NCBI GenBank assembly: GCA_009859145.1
Contig: VRVR01000056.1
Location: forward strand, 62,085-126,084
Direction of reading: 5' to 3'
DNA: 64,000 bases
Source: Andalucia godoyi And28
Taxonomy: Eukaryota; Protista; Jakobida
A program made the translations under genes and the position numbers. Positions 59,988 to 64,000 of this stretch are shown in pieces (the first letter of the stretch is position 1; each line of letters begins with the position of its first letter). The notes below the pieces were generated by a model, which did not search any database, was not told where the DNA came from, and worked only from the letters and a program-made list of their open reading frames with translations.

Positions 59988-61257
59988 GAAGAGTGTGTGT
60001 GCTGTGGTGGTTGTCGGTTTGTTGGTTGTGGTTGTTGGGTTGTTGGGAAGCTCGGATGCAGCGGGGATTCGGCTGCGGACGAAGCCAAAGCCATATGAGC
60101 TTCCGGCGAGATACCACGAGTGTGACGGTGCGCCGTTCGGGACGTTTGTGATTGACTTAAACTACGGGACGTCAACACACATTGTGCAGACGTTGTTGGA
60201 GAGGAACTGGACGCAGAAGAACGTGTCGGACTGTGCGCTTTACGATCTCAAATGGACGTGGTCGTTTAGTCGAGCAAAAGCGCTGCTGCCGTGCCAGATG
60301 GTAAACCACTTTCCGAATGCAGAGCTGACAATCGGGTCAAAAGATGGGCTCTGGGAAATCATCGGGGCTGGTGCATACGAGTTTGTCCCGGACACGTGGA
60401 ACTTGGAGCACGGAGCTGTGGAGCTGCCGCCTAGAGCCTCAGAACACGGCAGGCTGGGCCAGTACTACGTGTCGAAGAAGTCGAATCAGAACCGCGGAGT
60501 AGGAATCCAGGTTCTGTACGTCCCGTCAAGAGGATACCGATTCCCAAAGGAACCGAATCGCATCCTGCAAACGTACGTCGCAAACCCTTTGCTGCTGCCA
60601 GACGGGCGCAAGTTTGACATTCGGATTTTTGCGCTTGTGACGAGTCTGGATCCCCTCGTGGCGTTTCTGTCGACGGATTTTTACACTCGGCATGCCGCAC
60701 ATCCATACGAGCTGTTTTCGAATGAGCAAATTGCAAGAATCGAGAGCTCGGACGAACCGTACGTTGTGTTTGCGGACATCTACTCGCAGCTCACGAATAA
60801 GCAGGTGTCAAAGCAAGTGTCCACCGACACGCTGCAGTGGCCTTCGGAGCAGCTCATTGCGTGGATTGGGCGGGAGAAGTACGACGAAGTCGTGCGGCCG
60901 CAGCTGAAGGAGATCGCTCGGAAAACGCTTCAGGCATGGTCGGACAAGTGGGGCAGTCGCGATCACCGAATGCGGTCCTTTGAGCTGCTTGGGTTTGATA
61001 TCTTGCTTGATGACAATCTCAAGGCCTGGCTGATCGAAGTCAACATCGCGCCGGGACAGCATCTCAATTCGCCCGTCGTGAAGATCCACCATCCCAGAAT
61101 GATCAAGGACATGTTCTCTGTTGTGCTGGACCACGAGAACGCTTGCCCGCATATGGTCGGTGTCTTTGAGAACATTGCGTGTGGGTACGCAACCGCCACG
61201 GAGGAAGTCCTCGAGGACGGGACAGTCGTCGTTTCCCCCGAAAAAGATGAATTGTAG
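59983..61257 (+). CDS. Tubulin-tyrosine ligase-like (TTL/TTLL) ATP-grasp protein with predicted N-terminal signal peptide
   Basis: MVNHFP, FVPDTW, KK...RGVGI, LQTYVANPLLLPDGRKFDIRIFALVTS, QLTN, FELLGFDILLD...WLIEVN. N-terminus MKK + hydrophobic core + SSDA. Confidence 0.88.
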
Positions 61258-61320
61258 AACAAACAAATAGCAAATGAATTCTTTTTTAAATTACACATTT
61301 CACCACCATCAGAACCAAGA

Positions 61321-63963
61321 TCATCCATGGGAAGTGGCAGCATAGAACTTCAAAACCTTGACCGCATAGTCTCGATCGGTGGCAGAGTCGGCAATGAAAA
61401 ACATGACCTGGTCATCCGGCTTCGACTGCCCAACGAACCGCAACGTGAACCCGCGCGATTCCTCATCCGGGGTAAGGCCCGCCTTGCGTCGGATGCTCTG
61501 TAAGCCGGCGACATGGTCGAACCACCGATCCAACACATATGACTTGGTCTTCTTCTTCTTCTCGTCTTGTGCAACCGTGCATAGGAAAGCACTACCATTC
61601 GAATACAAAGAAAACTGAACAAACTGCGAGATCAACTTGCCCTTTCCAGCCTCGGAAAACCGCTGGACTGCAATCCAATCTGTCGGCAACACCGATGGAT
61701 CACGCGGATCATTCACCGCAGCTGCGCGGGGAGGCGATCCCGAGCGACTCTCCTTCACCGACAAATTCTGCATGCGATCTGGCAAGCCATCCTCTGCGGA
61801 AACTGCGGCGTTTTGCTGTTGCTGTTGCAGCTTCTTGCTGTTCTGTGCGGCAGCCTTCGCCCGTTCTTCCTCTTCCTCCCTGGCTTCTGCTTCAATCTCT
61901 GCTCGAGCCTTTGCCAGGGCTCTGGCTTCAGCTCTTGCTTGCGCCCGGGCCAAGGCTTCAGCCTCCGCCTGCACACGAGCTTCTTCCTCTGCCTTCAGTC
62001 GTGCCTCTTCCTCCTCCTTGCGAATCGCCTCCAATCGTGCCTCTTCTGCAAGCCGTTCTTGCTCGCGCGCCTCCTCTTCCGCCCGACGGAGGCGCTCTTC
62101 TGCTTCGCGCTGTGCAGCCTCTTCTTGCGCGCGTTTTTCCTCGCGTGCCGTGTGAATGCGAAGAGCATTCTGTTCTTGCAGAGATGCACCTGCCTCCGCG
62201 CTCACAAGAGCAGTAATGGCCATAAGCCACGCACGCATAATCAACACGGAATCGCATTCGAGGTACACCGTATCCGATTCTCCAAACGTTGAGACAGTCA
62301 ATGACCGCGATTCAATGTCATCCGACACATTCGGCACATTGTCTCGGATGCCTTGGCGGACACCCGTGATCGTAATGAACTTCTTTTTCCCGCCGATGAA
62401 CAGCTTCTTTCCGTCAATGTCCACGTGGAATTGGATCCTCTTCGGTTTTCCTTTGCCCTTCTTCGCATGCTGACTGAGTTCACAGCCTCGCTGAACCACC
62501 AGTCTGCATCGGACAATGTCATCCGAAATGTCATCCATCACCAAGTCCGCTCCGGCGCCAGTTACTTCAATAGGCTGAGACGCGGCTGCGGCACCAGTCG
62601 TGTTCGACGGGGACGGCGGGTTACTTGCATTCGAGCCTTGTCGTCTTCGGAAAATAGAACCTTTCCTCTTGGACTGCACAACCGAGCTCGACGTGGACCT
62701 TGCCGATTCCGAAACCACAGAACCTGTTTCGTCGTTCATGTTGGATTGGCGATCTGCATCCCCAATGCCACCATATTCAGAATCGCATGTTGATACCACG
62801 TGCTTCAGCGCATGATACCAGGCATTCCGATCCTCCAAATCTTTGCAAATCAAATTCAGCGATTCATCCTCGTCTTGCACAAGCTCAAGAACAAGCTCGC
62901 GATCGCCATCCCCATTGTCAGCTGCACAAATCTCCACGGAAGAGTATTGTACTCTCCTCTCCGACTTTGAAGAAGCTGTCTGAGAGTCGCGCCAGCGCAA
63001 TACAGGAGCATCTTTGTCCATATAAAACCATCGCTTGTGCGGCTTCCCTTTACCACCCTTCGTTCGCTTCTCCAAGTACCCTTCACGCGCATACTGGGAA
63101 GCGACTGGTGGCGCCGCCTGCTTGGCTGCCGCTGGAGAACTTTGCGCTTGTGGACTCACTGCTGGACGAGTCTCGGATTCCTTGGTCACCGCATGGTTGT
63201 GGCGTTGCAGCGCATCCAAGGTAAGTCCTCCTCCGCCGCCAGGACTAGCCGCGCTGCTCGACGGTGATGCCATCGCCTCTGCGTCATCGAGGTCATCAAG
63301 GCCTGGGTCATCGTCGCCTCCCATGAGGTCTTCCAAATTAGCTGCACGTGCCCCGCCGTCCAGTTCAGTTGGCGCATCTGAATCAAAAGATCCTTGCTTC
63401 TTATGCTTCGGTTTCTCAGGAGTCGCAGACTTGGTGCGGTCCGCATTCCGAATGGCAACTTGCAATCCCTTTACCCAGGCGTCTCTTTCGGTATGCGAAG
63501 AACACAGCAGGATAATGTCACCCATCTTACCGGCACACTTCACAATCAAGGATAATGGACGGTTCTCTGCTTCCGTGACCTCGGAGGATGAGGTGTTGCT
63601 GCATGGAAGCACAGCGATCATGACGCCTTTCCGAACTCGTTTCGCACCCTTGGTGTCGCCCCAGCACAGCAAGCCCTCCGGCATCTTGGCAGAGAAGAAT
63701 CGAGGATGGGGCTTTCCTTTCCCTCCCTTTGTGTACTTGCTCAAATACGCACCATCACACACAGTGATAAACTCCGGAGACGCATCCGACTGCGTCCGAG
63801 GTCGCAAGAACCCGGCTTCGCCGCCGCCGCCGCCACCGCCCTTCCCGACAGCAGAACCGGCATAGACGGATTCGGCTACCGTGTCCCCAGAGCCGCCTGT
63901 GGATGTCGACGCAGCATCATCACCGGCACCTCCAGCGCCTCCAGCTCCCCACAATGCTCGCAT
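61321..63963 (-). CDS. Multi-PH-domain protein (four PH-like repeats) with EKR-rich coiled coil
   Basis: Repeated PH starts YLSKYTKGGKGKPHPRFF, YLEKRTKGGKGKPHKRWF, ELSQHAKKGKGKPKRIQF, AVQRFSEAGKGKLISQF, each closing with a PH helix (ERDAWVKGL, DRNAWYHAL, MRAWLMAI, DRDYAVKVL). Confidence 0.8.
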   Translation of the reverse strand: MRALWGAGGAGGAGDDAASTSTGGSGDTVAESVYAGSAVGKGGGGGGGEAGFLRPRTQSDASPEFITVCDGAYLSKYTKGGKGKPHPRFFSAKMPEGLLCWGDTKGAKRVRKGVMIAVLPCSNTSSSEVTEAENRPLSLIVKCAGKMGDIILLCSSHTERDAWVKGLQVAIRNADRTKSATPEKPKHKKQGSFDSDAPTELDGGARAANLEDLMGGDDDPGLDDLDDAEAMASPSSSAASPGGGGGLTLDALQRHNHAVTKESETRPAVSPQAQSSPAAAKQAAPPVASQYAREGYLEKRTKGGKGKPHKRWFYMDKDAPVLRWRDSQTASSKSERRVQYSSVEICAADNGDGDRELVLELVQDEDESLNLICKDLEDRNAWYHALKHVVSTCDSEYGGIGDADRQSNMNDETGSVVSESARSTSSSVVQSKRKGSIFRRRQGSNASNPPSPSNTTGAAAASQPIEVTGAGADLVMDDISDDIVRCRLVVQRGCELSQHAKKGKGKPKRIQFHVDIDGKKLFIGGKKKFITITGVRQGIRDNVPNVSDDIESRSLTVSTFGESDTVYLECDSVLIMRAWLMAITALVSAEAGASLQEQNALRIHTAREEKRAQEEAAQREAEERLRRAEEEAREQERLAEEARLEAIRKEEEEARLKAEEEARVQAEAEALARAQARAEARALAKARAEIEAEAREEEEERAKAAAQNSKKLQQQQQNAAVSAEDGLPDRMQNLSVKESRSGSPPRAAAVNDPRDPSVLPTDWIAVQRFSEAGKGKLISQFVQFSLYSNGSAFLCTVAQDEKKKKTKSYVLDRWFDHVAGLQSIRRKAGLTPDEESRGFTLRFVGQSKPDDQVMFFIADSATDRDYAVKVLKFYAATSHG

Positions 63964-64000
63964 TGCGCGATCCGCAAAGGTCAGCGTCGATCGTTCTGAA

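Noticed and set aside
1-64000. CRISPR arrays, rRNA, tRNA, intact transposase or reverse transcriptase, alternative genetic code
   Set aside because: None seen. Conserved genes end at TAA, TAG and TGA in the expected places, and the repeats are simple microsatellites.

Overview
This is a gene-dense, roughly 50% GC eukaryotic nuclear window, not a prokaryotic one. It holds about 28 mostly single-exon protein genes, with a few short GT-AG introns (34-70 nt) in small genes and AT-rich spacers carrying microsatellites. Mitochondrial (DHTKD1-like, TIM50, SUGCT-like), endomembrane (GRAB golgin, BEACH-WD40, V-ATPase E), nuclear (TGS1, coilin-like, Zn2Cys6, BRCT) and microtubule (kinesin-4, TTLL) genes point to an aerobic, probably flagellated protist. 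A jakobid/Discoba-like identity is only a guess. Signals not explained by the ORF track: (1) a frameshifted Fanzor/TnpB C-terminal relic (CGLCG...CPVC...DRDWNGAHNI) near 9.9-10.1 kb with downstream hairpins where an omega-RNA would lie; (2) a TDP1 paralogue in which all six catalytic residues are replaced, including a His-to-Arg change equivalent to human SCAN1 H493R; (3) a TTLL ATP-grasp ligase with an apparent signal peptide; (4) a perfect PTS2 on the fused pseudouridine glycosidase-kinase; (5) a tandem-BRCT protein that gains a CVIM CaaX box if a 34-nt intron is spliced; (6) a Raf-like kinase fused to a catalytically dead dual-specificity phosphatase fold; (7) two structured intergenic RNA candidates, one with U1-like motifs. 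All calls come from reading motifs by eye; no database search was run.
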